This document shows positions 40,324 through 49,615 of a stretch of 64,000 nt of DNA, piece by piece. The DNA comes from a virus (taxonomy: Duplodnaviria > Heunggongvirae > Uroviricota > Caudoviricetes), in the IMG/VR virus record IMGVR_UViG_3300031998_000007; one strand, written 5' to 3'. The notes below the pieces were generated by a model. It was not told the DNA's origin, did not search any database, and was given only the letters and a program-made list of their open reading frames with translations. Position 1 is the first letter of the stretch; each line of letters begins with the position of its first letter. The position numbers were made by a program, and so were the translations under genes.

Positions 40324-42066
40324 TTAACTCCTGGGGGTGCCATGCACCGTGAAGAACTGGATTTTGTTTTGTGCGGAACGCTCGGAAACCTGCGTCGCCG
40401 TGTACAATGACTGGTTGAACGTATCGAATATGCTAAAGTCCACGGGAAGACTCTCTACCGCGCAGTCAACTCCGCGGACAGCGCCTGGGTTCACCGTGCC
40501 GTCAACCAAATTTTTCATGAAGTTGTGGGTGTGGTTCTTCGGCGCATACTCGTCACCGGAGTCATCGTTCTGGCATCCGTTTACGCCCGCGGTCATGCGG
40601 TCCATGCGCTGCTTCATGATGGCCATGTCGAGGCCCACATCAGTGATGGCCTCCGCCTGGCTTGCCGTAGCGATGAGCTGGTTCTCGTACCAGGTTATCG
40701 CATTGTCCTCATACATGTTGTAGAAGACGGAAGCGTCGCGGATAACGGACCCGGTGTCCTTGTCGCCCAAGTTGAGGTCCACGTTTACCTTGTAGGTGCT
40801 GGTCTCGCCAGAACCTTCACGGAGATACACCGTCGTATCGAGGTCAACCACGGCAAACAGAATCGGCTCGGCATTGCCGTCGATTTCGAACTGCACACGG
40901 AAATCCTCACAACCGCTGCGATTTGTCGCATTGTTTTCGGACTTGTAGAAACGGTGGACAGTCATCTTCGCAGCATAGATGCCGATACGGTTGAACTTGA
41001 TGCTGCTTTCCTTGGTCTGGAACAGGTCGGCCCCGCCGATACTGGTAATTCCACTTGTACCCGACTGAGTAATAGCGCGAGTGGCAACCGTATTGTAAAT
41101 GTCATCGAGTGACATGTTGATGCTGAAACGGAGCGTGCTGGCAATCTTCTTGCCAGGAAGGATGGAGGATGCCCCTTCCTTCGCGTTCACCACCTTGTAA
41201 TGGCTAATCGGGAAGAGCCTCGTCACCTTCGCCATGTTGCGACAGGACGGTTCGTAATCGACCAGGAACCCCTCGGAACTTGCCGGGGCATGATAACGGT
41301 TGTAGTTGGAAATCGACTTGAACTTCCAGTATTGTTCACACAAGCAGTTGTAGTCCGGTTCCAACGGCTGGGTCGGATCGCCGTTCAGCCCATCCTGGGT
41401 GTAGGTCTTGTTGGCGGACAGCCACTGGCGGGTGTCCACGCCATTCACGGCAGCGTTGAACGGGTCACCGCCTTCCGGGACAGTGGCAGTCTTGCCGATA
41501 TAGGCGCGGGTGTCCGTAGTCACGGCAGGCAAATCGCCATTCTTCGGGTAATCCGCGAAATCTCCCATGTCCTCAGCGGTCGCGGGCGGATTGTTGAACG
41601 GTTCGGCACCATCGGTAAAGAACAGCGGGGCGGGAAGCGGAAGTCCCGTCAAGTCACCGTCCGCACCAACGCCGCGGAAAACGCACGCGCCGGAAACGTC
41701 GGAGGCGGAACTGTCAGTAGTCCCGCGGAACATGACGAGGTTGTTGTTCCCGTTCTTGTCGAGAACATAACGGAAGCGGGACATCAGGTTGGACGTGTAC
41801 ATCGCCACGCCGCCAAGTTCCGCGGCGGACGTGCCCTGCGCATAGCCGCCCGCAACCATCGAACCCTGCCACAGGTTGTAGATGTGGTCGCCCTTCTTCG
41901 TGAGCGAAGTCATGGTGGCTTTCAGCTCATCGTCCTTGCCCTCCATGCGTTCTTCTGCCGGGACAAAGGCGAGACCGTAATAGCCAATCCAATAGGTATC
42001 ACCGCCGGCCTGCGGCACGGTGTTAAGGAGGTCCAAGCCTGCTTTCGTGATTACGGTACTAGCCAT
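40324..42066 (-). CDS. Baseplate/fibre-attachment-like structural protein
   Basis: N-terminal TVITKAGLDLL, FNRIGIYA and ILFAV resemble tail-collar fibre N-domains; YAPKNHTH. Confidence 0.55.
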   Translation of the reverse strand: MASTVITKAGLDLLNTVPQAGGDTYWIGYYGLAFVPAEERMEGKDDELKATMTSLTKKGDHIYNLWQGSMVAGGYAQGTSAAELGGVAMYTSNLMSRFRYVLDKNGNNNLVMFRGTTDSSASDVSGACVFRGVGADGDLTGLPLPAPLFFTDGAEPFNNPPATAEDMGDFADYPKNGDLPAVTTDTRAYIGKTATVPEGGDPFNAAVNGVDTRQWLSANKTYTQDGLNGDPTQPLEPDYNCLCEQYWKFKSISNYNRYHAPASSEGFLVDYEPSCRNMAKVTRLFPISHYKVVNAKEGASSILPGKKIASTLRFSINMSLDDIYNTVATRAITQSGTSGITSIGGADLFQTKESSIKFNRIGIYAAKMTVHRFYKSENNATNRSGCEDFRVQFEIDGNAEPILFAVVDLDTTVYLREGSGETSTYKVNVDLNLGDKDTGSVIRDASVFYNMYEDNAITWYENQLIATASQAEAITDVGLDMAIMKQRMDRMTAGVNGCQNDDSGDEYAPKNHTHNFMKNLVDGTVNPGAVRGVDCAVESLPVDFSIFDTFNQSLYTATQVSERSAQNKIQFFTVHGTPRS

Positions 42067-42092
42067 CTGGGCTGCCCAATTAAACTCGTCCA

Positions 42093-42139
42093 TAGTTTAT
42101 AAGTCGCCGTCCGCCAAAGGCAACCCGTTTTATAAACTA
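42093..42139. promoter_or_regulatory. Divergent pair of TATAAACTA late promoters (42093-42101 minus, 42131-42139 plus)
   Basis: Two exact copies, each about 25 nt from its downstream ATG. Confidence 0.8.
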
Positions 42140-42164
42140 TCAAGGAAATACCCAGAGTTTCAGC

Positions 42165-42668
42165 ATGCAGTCACAACTTTCCGTCGCAATCTCGGACTTC
42201 AAGAACTCCGTAATCAAGCTCGCGTCGCACTTCCCAAGCGAACAGCTGGCTTTCAACGCCATCCTGGAAGCGGCCGGCGGTGCACCCAAGTGGTCCCTCC
42301 CGGACGACAAACGCTACATCAGCAAGGACAAGCGGAAGCTCCTCGCAATCCAGTGGTCGAACAACGGGGAAAACATCAGCGACGAAGACTACGAGGCCGG
42401 GTACGACTGCTATGCAATCGGCGACCTCTACAATCTCCCGGAAGGGTTCGATGTCAGCACCCTCCCGAAGGGCAACTACGAGCTCGACAAGTGGGACTAC
42501 AGCGGCCCGGAGCCGGTGTACAGGGGGCTGGACCTCGAAGCCAACCTCACGCAGATGCTCTACAAGTCCAGCGAACCTCAGCCGTCCGAGGCCAAGGTCG
42601 TCGAGGACATCATGGGAACCCCGCAGGCACAGTTTGCCGCGGAATGGGATCCGCTCCCCTGCGAATAG
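42165..42668 (+). CDS. Acidic hypothetical protein, candidate internal head protein
   Basis: Leader ending NAILE|A at residue ~35; late motif upstream. Confidence 0.6.
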   Translation: MQSQLSVAISDFKNSVIKLASHFPSEQLAFNAILEAAGGAPKWSLPDDKRYISKDKRKLLAIQWSNNGENISDEDYEAGYDCYAIGDLYNLPEGFDVSTLPKGNYELDKWDYSGPEPVYRGLDLEANLTQMLYKSSEPQPSEAKVVEDIMGTPQAQFAAEWDPLPCE

Positions 42669-42685
42669 CCCTACCCAATTTCAAG

Positions 42686-42713
42686 ACGGGTCCGCAATCG
42701 CGGGCCCGTTTTT
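42686..42713 (+). terminator. Intrinsic terminator between convergent genes
   Basis: ACGGGTCCGC-aatc-GCGGGCCCGT followed by TTTT. Confidence 0.75.
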
Positions 42714-42902
42714 CTATGCAGGCAATACCTGGCCTGTCTTGGCGTCATATTTCAGGCACTTCCTGAAATTCTTGGCAGCCTTCTTCATCAGCCTCTTCGC
42801 CTCGGCATGCGACAGCGGCCTGGTATCTATTTTGATGACGGTCTTATTCGCGTTCGGGTCGCGACCGCCCATTACGATTCCTTCGTCTGGTAACTTGCTC
42901 AT
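42714..42902 (-). CDS. Small basic hypothetical protein
   Basis: 62 aa; class-II motif TTTTTGTATATTT 5 nt upstream. Confidence 0.6.
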   Translation of the reverse strand: MSKLPDEGIVMGGRDPNANKTVIKIDTRPLSHAEAKRLMKKAAKNFRKCLKYDAKTGQVLPA

Positions 42903-42915
42903 ATCCTAAATATAC

Positions 42916-42946
42916 AAAAAGGCGGCAGGGCCGAAACCCTGCCACC
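42916..42946 (-). terminator. Terminator of the major capsid gene
   Basis: GGTGGCAGGG-tttcgg-CCCTGCCGCC followed by TTTTT; the U-tract doubles as part of the class-II motif at 42908-42920. Confidence 0.8.
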
Positions 42947-42980
42947 TTAATATTGTCCGTCAGTAAACGGACTGGGCTGG

Positions 42981-44477
42981 TTACCAGTTGCCGCTTTCCT
43001 GAGTGAGGCCCGCCGGAGCGTTCACGAGCGCGTTGGACTGGAGCTCGTAGGAGAGACCCGGTTCGAGGCTTGCACCGAGAGATGCGTTGCTTTCCCACGG
43101 GTTGGCGGTCACGTCGAAGCCAGCGATCACAGAGTTCATGTTGAGGAACTGAACCATGCGGTAGAACTGGCCGGCGCCGAGGAGGTTGGCGATCACGGCG
43201 TAACGGGACTTAACGATCAAGCGCGGAGAACCGTCTTCCTGACCGGCCGTCTTCACGAAGATGTACGGAATGTACGGCATCATAATGATTCCGGATTCAC
43301 CCTGGTTCTGACCCTTGAATCCCACGAGGGCGTAGGAAACGCTAGAGTAGATGTCCTGGTACATCTGGATACCGACCGGGAGCTTACCGATGTTTGCAAC
43401 ACCACCGGCCGGCTGGTTGGTCATATCCTGCATGTTGCCGTTGAAGTAGATTGCACCCTGAACGGTAGAGATTGCAGCACCGACGTCCGGGGACACGATG
43501 GCAAAGTTACCGCAACCCATACGGGTCGTGAGGGAGATCTTGCGGCTCACAGCGATGAGGGTGGAGATGATGCCGGAAGCGATGCGTTCGGCAGGCCAAC
43601 GACCCTGGGCAGGACCGTTGTTCACGATGGCGAGGTCAACCACGATCGGCTTTTCACCACCGAGGGCCGGGTTCTGGGCAACGATGCACATGGCCATGAG
43701 GATTTCACGGTCCTGTTCCTGCTGCACTTCGAACTGGAGAGCTTCGAGGAGGAGAGCTTCCACGTCCTGGCCATGGCCGGCAGCCATGTCTTGCTGGAGT
43801 TCGAGCGTGTAGTGGCTCTTGATTGCGCGAGTACCTACGCGGTAGGCACCGGAAATCACCTTGACAGAGGCCTTCTTGATGTTGTAGGAGTAACCACCGA
43901 AGGAGTCATCCCCATCCATCTGCTGGCCGGCAAAGCGACCGAAGTTGTTGAAGAGCTGGCCACCCGGTTCCTGCGTAGCAGCGAAGCCGTTGGCACCGCG
44001 GGCGCGACCGTAGATGTCAGTGCCTTCCGAGTAGTTGGAAAGCATTTCACCTGCGCCGGTAGACCACGGGTTCAGGAAGCCTGCGAAGGAAGTGTGGTCA
44101 CCGACGAGGTCGTAACCAATTTCCTGCTTCTGGCCCTGACGGAAGGCAACGGACTTGAGCGGTTCGTTGTCATACAGGTAACGAAGGGCGAAGTAGATGC
44201 CGTTCGGGGTCGTAGTCGGGATCACGCTGACCGTGTTCATGGCCAGGAGTTCCTGGAACTTACGACGGATCATCGGGAGGGCATACTGTTGGTACTGGGC
44301 AACGTCAGACGAGACGTTGGCACCTTCGGTAAGCACACCCTTGTTGCACTTGTTCTGGTTTTCGCACATCACAGCAAGGATGCTGGCTTCAGTGCGGGTC
44401 TTCGGAGCCGGACCCATGTTGCTTTCGAGGAAAGCACGCCACTTATGGGTAAGGCTGTTCTTCACTGGATTCTGCAT
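42981..44477 (-). CDS. gp23: Major capsid protein, T4 gp23-like
   Basis: KWRAFLE...ENQ...LTE| propeptide; LPMIRR, P.TTPNG.YFALRYLY, YTLELQQDM.A.HG.D.E, YIPY, SRYAV. Confidence 0.93.
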   Translation of the reverse strand: MQNPVKNSLTHKWRAFLESNMGPAPKTRTEASILAVMCENQNKCNKGVLTEGANVSSDVAQYQQYALPMIRRKFQELLAMNTVSVIPTTTPNGIYFALRYLYDNEPLKSVAFRQGQKQEIGYDLVGDHTSFAGFLNPWSTGAGEMLSNYSEGTDIYGRARGANGFAATQEPGGQLFNNFGRFAGQQMDGDDSFGGYSYNIKKASVKVISGAYRVGTRAIKSHYTLELQQDMAAGHGQDVEALLLEALQFEVQQEQDREILMAMCIVAQNPALGGEKPIVVDLAIVNNGPAQGRWPAERIASGIISTLIAVSRKISLTTRMGCGNFAIVSPDVGAAISTVQGAIYFNGNMQDMTNQPAGGVANIGKLPVGIQMYQDIYSSVSYALVGFKGQNQGESGIIMMPYIPYIFVKTAGQEDGSPRLIVKSRYAVIANLLGAGQFYRMVQFLNMNSVIAGFDVTANPWESNASLGASLEPGLSYELQSNALVNAPAGLTQESGNW

Positions 44478-44498
44478 ATTTGCAATTCCTTTTGGTTA

Positions 44499-44523
44499 GG
44501 GTTTCTGAACCTGGCAGAAACCC
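44499..44523 (-). other. Stem-loop in the capsid gene 5' leader
   Basis: GGGTTTCTG-N7-CAGAAACCC perfect 9-bp stem just upstream of the AAGGA RBS. Confidence 0.6.
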
Positions 44524-44613
44524 GCATCCGCGACCTTCTACCGAAAATTCACCTCATGTTTAGTATTTCCGGGGGACCCGTCCAAAAACGGTCGAAAATC
44601 ATACATTGAAATG

Positions 44614-44645
44614 AAAAAAGCACCCGGAACGGTCGTTCCAGGTGC
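44614..44645 (-). terminator. Terminator of the portal operon
   Basis: GCACCTGGAAC-gacc-GTTCCGGGTGC followed by TTTTTT. Confidence 0.8.
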
Positions 44646-44663
44646 CTTTCAGGAGGTCATGCG

Positions 44664-46355
44664 CTACCCTAACGGCGGTGCTCCGGCGCCTTCGCCACCC
44701 CCTCCGGCTTCGCCTTCGCCTTCGGCAGGGGCCTCGCCGGCAGCCTCGGCCTTCTCGCGGGCCAGCCATTCGGCGTTCTTCGTGTATTCGTCGTCGTTGA
44801 GACGGAGACCGTACTTCAAGGCGAACTTCTTGGAAAGCGGCGCATCCGGTTTTTCCTTGGAGATGGTGTTGTCCATCATCTTCGAGAACGTTTCGAGGCG
44901 GGAACCCCACACATCGGCGTCGATGAAGTTCTGGAAGCCGTTGGAACGCCTGAACTTCACGCTGAAATTCTCGCGGACCTTGATGTCGTCGTTGTATTCC
45001 TTGTGGGTTTCGAGCACCATCACGAACAGTCGGATCATGATGTCCTCGACCGGCGCCTGATACTTCTGCACCAGCTTGGCGAACGAGACTTCGGCCTGAG
45101 TGACTTCGCCAATCTTGCCGTTGGAGTAGTTGTTGCTGTCCCCGGCAAGCGCGGTGATACGGCCCGGGGGCACCATCATCGAGTTGACGAGGTTGCGCTT
45201 GAAGAATTTCAGGTCGTCGATGTTGCCGAGCTGCTCGCCGCCCTGCATCCTCTCGATTGTCGAACCGGTACGGCCCTTCGCGAGGGACACGAGATAGTGC
45301 TCCGTAAGGCCCACGACCTTGCCGAAGTTCGTAATCTCGCCAGTCATCGGGTTGTAGTCGAGGTGGCGGGAGAACTGCTTGGCCTGATCCTTCATGAACT
45401 TTTCGGCCTGCATGCGGTTCATGCCCGACGTATCAATCTTCATCATCAGCTTCTCGGAACCCCAGAGAACGCGATACATGACCACGCTGTCCTCGATGGT
45501 GTTGAGTTGATTGTAAGGCTTCATGGCCGGTTCCAGGATGGAACGGGTGTCGTTGATGCCGCCCGGACCATACATGCCGAGGGAGGCATAGAGGATCTGG
45601 TTCGGCGAATAGTCGATGTAGTTCTTTCCGCCCGTCTGGGAGAAGGCCGCGCCGCTCAACATCTGGCGGAAGCCGATGATGAGGTTGTTCTGGTAGATAA
45701 TGACCATGTTCTCCTCGGGGAGCATGTTCAGGCCGACTATCTGCCGGGTCTTCGGGTCATAGATGATTTCGTAGAACAGGCGCCCGCGGGTGAGCAAGTA
45801 GCGCATCTGTTCCGCGCCGACACGGCGGAAGTTCATGATGCGGCGGAGGACTTCCTGCCGGAAGATGCGGCAGAGTTCCTTCTTGACCGGATCGCCCACG
45901 GCGAGGTCCTGGTCGATTTCAAGCGAGCAGATGTCGCCGATGTCGTCCTCATAGACCGCCTCGTTGCAAATCTGGATGAGGGATTCGTTCACCTCGGCAC
46001 GCTTCGCGACCGTATCGTATTTGAGTGCGCGTTCCACGTTCTTGCGCCAGAACAGGTTGACCTGGTTCTCGGCGACCGCGTTCTGGAACTGCTGCGGGTC
46101 GAACCTCTCGTCGGAGAAGTTGTAGGCCGGAGTGTATGTGCTGAACCCGTCGGTCGCGCTGCCGTTCGGGTATGTCATCTGGGTGATACCTTCGCCGACA
46201 GTATTCTCGGCGGCAGTCACCTCACGTAGTCTGTCTTCCCTGTTGAAAAGACGTTCAAATACGGCACCCTTCGGGTTGCCGATGCCAAAGTCCCTGGCAT
46301 GCTTCAAGACCTTGGTACTCCAGGTCTCTCTCGGTTTTTCGGGTTGCGTCAGCAT
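44664..46355 (-). CDS. gp20: Portal vertex protein, T4 gp20-like
   Basis: ICNEAV, A.KPYNQL..IEDSVV.YR, IDT..M...AE..M, GR.G..IE...GG.QLG.IDD..F, E..F.K. Confidence 0.92.
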   Translation of the reverse strand: MLTQPEKPRETWSTKVLKHARDFGIGNPKGAVFERLFNREDRLREVTAAENTVGEGITQMTYPNGSATDGFSTYTPAYNFSDERFDPQQFQNAVAENQVNLFWRKNVERALKYDTVAKRAEVNESLIQICNEAVYEDDIGDICSLEIDQDLAVGDPVKKELCRIFRQEVLRRIMNFRRVGAEQMRYLLTRGRLFYEIIYDPKTRQIVGLNMLPEENMVIIYQNNLIIGFRQMLSGAAFSQTGGKNYIDYSPNQILYASLGMYGPGGINDTRSILEPAMKPYNQLNTIEDSVVMYRVLWGSEKLMMKIDTSGMNRMQAEKFMKDQAKQFSRHLDYNPMTGEITNFGKVVGLTEHYLVSLAKGRTGSTIERMQGGEQLGNIDDLKFFKRNLVNSMMVPPGRITALAGDSNNYSNGKIGEVTQAEVSFAKLVQKYQAPVEDIMIRLFVMVLETHKEYNDDIKVRENFSVKFRRSNGFQNFIDADVWGSRLETFSKMMDNTISKEKPDAPLSKKFALKYGLRLNDDEYTKNAEWLAREKAEAAGEAPAEGEGEAGGGGEGAGAPPLG

Positions 46356-46380
46356 GAGTTACCCAATCCTTTCCTTAAAA

Positions 46381-46584
46381 CTATGTTTTGTCACCGTATG
46401 TGACCATGATGTCGTTGCAGCGGACCACAAATTGCGGTTTTCGCTGTTTTTCGTAAAATTCGCGCAGTTTCTTGTCCACGATCTGCTTCGCGAGCAAACG
46501 CACCGAAGGCGAGTGCTTGCAACCCGCCACGAGGAGGAAATCACATTCCTCGACATCGAATATCGGCAAGCCGTTATACGCCAT
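46381..46584 (-). CDS. Small hypothetical protein
   Basis: MAYNGLPIFDV...; overlaps the upstream stop codon. Confidence 0.55.
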   Translation of the reverse strand: MAYNGLPIFDVEECDFLLVAGCKHSPSVRLLAKQIVDKKLREFYEKQRKPQFVVRCNDIMVTYGDKT

Positions 46585-47317
46585 CTTTCCCCACAGTGGA
46601 TAACTGTTTCCAGTTCCCGGACAGGTCGTCCTGCGTCCCGTCACCGGCAAGGAGGCCGTGGCCGACAATCCACTTGGCCATCCTGACCAGCGTCAGGTAG
46701 CCCTCGTTGGTAAGGTCGCGGTAATCGGCGACACCCGACGACTTCATCAGACCGAGTATCTCGTCGGCAGAACCGATGGAACGGATGGAGAAAGTGGACT
46801 CCACCGCATCCTTAATCTTGCCGAAAATCGGGGCAGCCGGCGTCCCGTCGGTCTTCATGCAGTAAAGCATGGCGGTGGCGACGGTCAATGCGCGGGAAAC
46901 TCGCTCCGGGTAGGTGAGCTCGGAATCCTTGTCGAGATACGGCTCCCCGGTCCAGCGCTGTTCGGGCGGGAGATAGGTCAACTCCTCGACGATGGACACG
47001 ATGCCGTCATACTTCGAGTGGATTTTGGACGGATCCGACGCGGAAGTCATGAGCATTAGCGTCTCAGCATCGTCAAAATCTGCAGGTAACGCCTTCACCT
47101 GGTCGCCGAGGACAGCGCGGAGGTTGAAAATCAGCCGGTCCAAGGGCGTGTATGCCCAGAACGCCTTGATGTTGTCAGCCCTGGCCGCACCGAAACTGTC
47201 AACCGCACCCACCTGATAGGAGTCGGAGACGTTTATCGGCTCGCGCAAGCGCTTCACCAGATACGCATACACCATGCGGTCAAATTCTAGCTTCCTGTTC
47301 TGGTATCTCTTCGCCAT
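46574..47317 (-). CDS. Conserved T4-like-phage hypothetical protein
   Basis: YLVKRL..P....SY..G.VD..G...AYTPLDRLIFNLR resembles a motif I recall from T4-like myoviruses (not verified). Confidence 0.55.
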   Translation of the reverse strand: MAKRYQNRKLEFDRMVYAYLVKRLREPINVSDSYQVGAVDSFGAARADNIKAFWAYTPLDRLIFNLRAVLGDQVKALPADFDDAETLMLMTSASDPSKIHSKYDGIVSIVEELTYLPPEQRWTGEPYLDKDSELTYPERVSRALTVATAMLYCMKTDGTPAAPIFGKIKDAVESTFSIRSIGSADEILGLMKSSGVADYRDLTNEGYLTLVRMAKWIVGHGLLAGDGTQDDLSGNWKQLSTVGKDGV

Positions 47318-47320
47318 ACT

Positions 47321-49498
47321 TTATCCTCTCGCTGCGGCTACCTGGTCATTGGTGAAGCACGCGTCAAACATGTCCTTGTTCAAAAGGTTCGCATTGGCAA
47401 CCTTCACGTCCACCGTCGGCAGAGGCATCGCGCCACCTGCATCCTCGGGAACGTGCGGATGCCCGAAATCGCACCACACCTCGATATGGAACGCCGGGTC
47501 GTCGCCCGGTCCGCCGTATTCGGCCTTCGGCGCAAGGAACGACCGGAGATAGCCGGCCTTCTTCGCCGCCATGCAGGCGCCGTGAAGGCGCATGAGCTGT
47601 TCGGAAGAATAGCGGAACCTCGACTTGGTGGAGTTCGGGCCGATGTCGATTGCCTGCATGATGGTACCATCGCTTACGTGACGGGAAACAAACTTGCCCT
47701 CGTTCATGCACTTCTTGACCTGCTCGGTCATCGCACAGCGGGCTTCCTCCACTTCGGAACCCTGCAGCTTCACGACGGCGCCGTTATGGTGCTTCTTGGA
47801 AACTTCGTCATACTTGTCGTCAACCGACCTTCCCGGCGGGGCGTATGTGACCGGGCGCCCGCCATTCGCGTTGAGGCGGTTGCCGAGCATGGTCTGCGCC
47901 TGTTTCTCGGGCGAACGATAAATCGACGTAACCACGAGCCCCTGTATGCCGGCCTCTCGGCAGATATAGCGCAACGTGGCCATCGAGATGTCGGTAAGCG
48001 GGACCTCCGTCTGGCATGCGACATGGATGTCGATGTCACCCGGGTCGTTCGGTATCTTGATGGAGTCGTTCCCGTAAACCTTGAACGGGGCCTTGACCAG
48101 CTTGAAGAAGCCACGGCTTTCCACAGCCTCCTTCACGATGTCCTTGTTCGTAAGGACCTTGCCGTAAGTAATAGTCCCCATTCCGAGGTAGTCATAGATA
48201 CGGTTCGCCTCGTCCACGCGACGCTTACGCAGCTCGTCCGCGTGCGGGTTGCTGCCATAGGTCATGCGGGAAATCACGTCGGCGAGCATGGCAAAATACA
48301 AATTCGCCAGCTTGGTATTCTTCGGGACGCCATCGGGGCACTCGCGCCATTCGTATGAACCCTTCTTGACCTTCTGCTTGGTCTTGCCGTCCATGTATTC
48401 CGTCCCGTCAATCTCTATCAGGGCAAGGCTGCGGGTGGCGCCAGTATGATAGTTCATACCGGTATTCACCAGATACGAAATCAGGCAGCTTTCCGGCGAT
48501 GTGTCCGGGTTCAGCGCAAGACCGTTCGTCTTGATGTAGCTGCAGACGGCAGTCTTCACCGGTTCCGGGCAGGAATTGTTCGTGAGGCATCCCCAATGGA
48601 GATATGCCCAGTTGTTGCGGTTGCTGATTACGCCCCACAGCGTCATCTGGATATACTTGAAATAGGATGCCCGCATCTGCCCGTCAGTGAGCTCGAGCCC
48701 GGACACAGCTTCGTCCTTCTCGATTTCCGCCTCCGAAGTCATCTTGGATGCCTTCATCAGGATGTCGAACTGCTCGGCGGTAATGCCGTTGGCCACGTCG
48801 CCTTCCGGCATGCCGTCACCGTTCGTCGTCGGGACACTGAAAATCATCTTCAAAACAAGGACATTCGCCTTCCCGCCCAAAGTAAGCGGGATGCCGGCGC
48901 CGATGGACGGACTGCCGTCAGGACCGATATAGACCTTCTTGCTCTTGAAAATCTCGTGGTCGTAAAGGAATGTCCAGTCCGCATTGAAATAACCGGGCTT
49001 GAAGCAGGACGCGATGTCCACGGGAAGGCCCGGAAACCCGAGCGCAAGCGGCGGGATGAGATCCGGGTCGAACGGGTTGCCGCCCATAATCGCAGCAATC
49101 ACCTGCTCCATCGACATAGTGGCGCCCTTGACGGCCTGGCCGCCCGGTATCGCAGACAGGATGCCAGTAACGGTGTCCATGGACGCCTTGTTCATCGTAG
49201 CACGCTGGTCCAGCTTGTCGACAATCTGTTCGAGGGTCGTAGTCATTACGCCATAATCCTCGTTCATCAGGAAATCGGCAATCATGTCGGAAATGGAGTC
49301 GCACAACGCGGACATGCGGCGCTGATTGTATGCAGGAACACCGGCACGCTGCTCCGGTGTCAGGCCGTTGTTCTCGTCATCAATGTCATAGAAACCGCGC
49401 TCGTTGAGGATGCTATAAAAGGCGCCATCGCGTCCGCGTGTCGCCTTGTTGGCCCTCTCAATAGCCGATGTCAAACGTCCACTAAAATGTCCCGGCAT
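47321..49498 (-). CDS. Putative virion-associated peptidoglycan hydrolase: lysozyme-like domain plus M15-like Zn peptidase
   Basis: DWTFLYDHE...VY..PDGSPSIGAG...RRVDEA; VTSIYRSPEKQA...SRH...AIDI...FHIE. Confidence 0.7.
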   Translation of the reverse strand: MPGHFSGRLTSAIERANKATRGRDGAFYSILNERGFYDIDDENNGLTPEQRAGVPAYNQRRMSALCDSISDMIADFLMNEDYGVMTTTLEQIVDKLDQRATMNKASMDTVTGILSAIPGGQAVKGATMSMEQVIAAIMGGNPFDPDLIPPLALGFPGLPVDIASCFKPGYFNADWTFLYDHEIFKSKKVYIGPDGSPSIGAGIPLTLGGKANVLVLKMIFSVPTTNGDGMPEGDVANGITAEQFDILMKASKMTSEAEIEKDEAVSGLELTDGQMRASYFKYIQMTLWGVISNRNNWAYLHWGCLTNNSCPEPVKTAVCSYIKTNGLALNPDTSPESCLISYLVNTGMNYHTGATRSLALIEIDGTEYMDGKTKQKVKKGSYEWRECPDGVPKNTKLANLYFAMLADVISRMTYGSNPHADELRKRRVDEANRIYDYLGMGTITYGKVLTNKDIVKEAVESRGFFKLVKAPFKVYGNDSIKIPNDPGDIDIHVACQTEVPLTDISMATLRYICREAGIQGLVVTSIYRSPEKQAQTMLGNRLNANGGRPVTYAPPGRSVDDKYDEVSKKHHNGAVVKLQGSEVEEARCAMTEQVKKCMNEGKFVSRHVSDGTIMQAIDIGPNSTKSRFRYSSEQLMRLHGACMAAKKAGYLRSFLAPKAEYGGPGDDPAFHIEVWCDFGHPHVPEDAGGAMPLPTVDVKVANANLLNKDMFDACFTNDQVAAARG

Positions 49499-49520
49499 CT
49501 ACTGTTCCTTTTCTGGACTG

Positions 49521-49529
49521 TAGTTTATA
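49521..49529 (-). promoter_or_regulatory. Putative late promoter TATAAACTA
   Basis: Exact motif about 22 nt before the ATG at 49498. Confidence 0.75.
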
Positions 49530-49552
49530 GTCATTTTAGGGACAGTGGCTAC

Positions 49553-49585
49553 AAAAACGTAGAAGACCCGCCGATTGGCGGGTCT
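49553..49585 (-). terminator. Probable terminator
   Basis: AGACCCGCC-aatc-GGCGGGTCT stem with an interrupted T-tract. Confidence 0.6.
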
Positions 49586-49615
49586 ATTTCAAAGGAAGTT
49601 AGAGAATAAGTTCAA

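Noticed and set aside
40318-40335. 40324..42066 and 37519..40320 are in frame and separated by a single TAA, suggesting read-through or a nonsense mutation
   Set aside because: An AGGAG RBS lies 7 nt before the downstream ATG, so ordinary adjacent genes explain it.
44478-44663. Longest intergenic gap as a possible tRNA or ncRNA
   Set aside because: It is accounted for by a terminator, a candidate promoter and a leader hairpin; no cloverleaf or T-loop signature is present.
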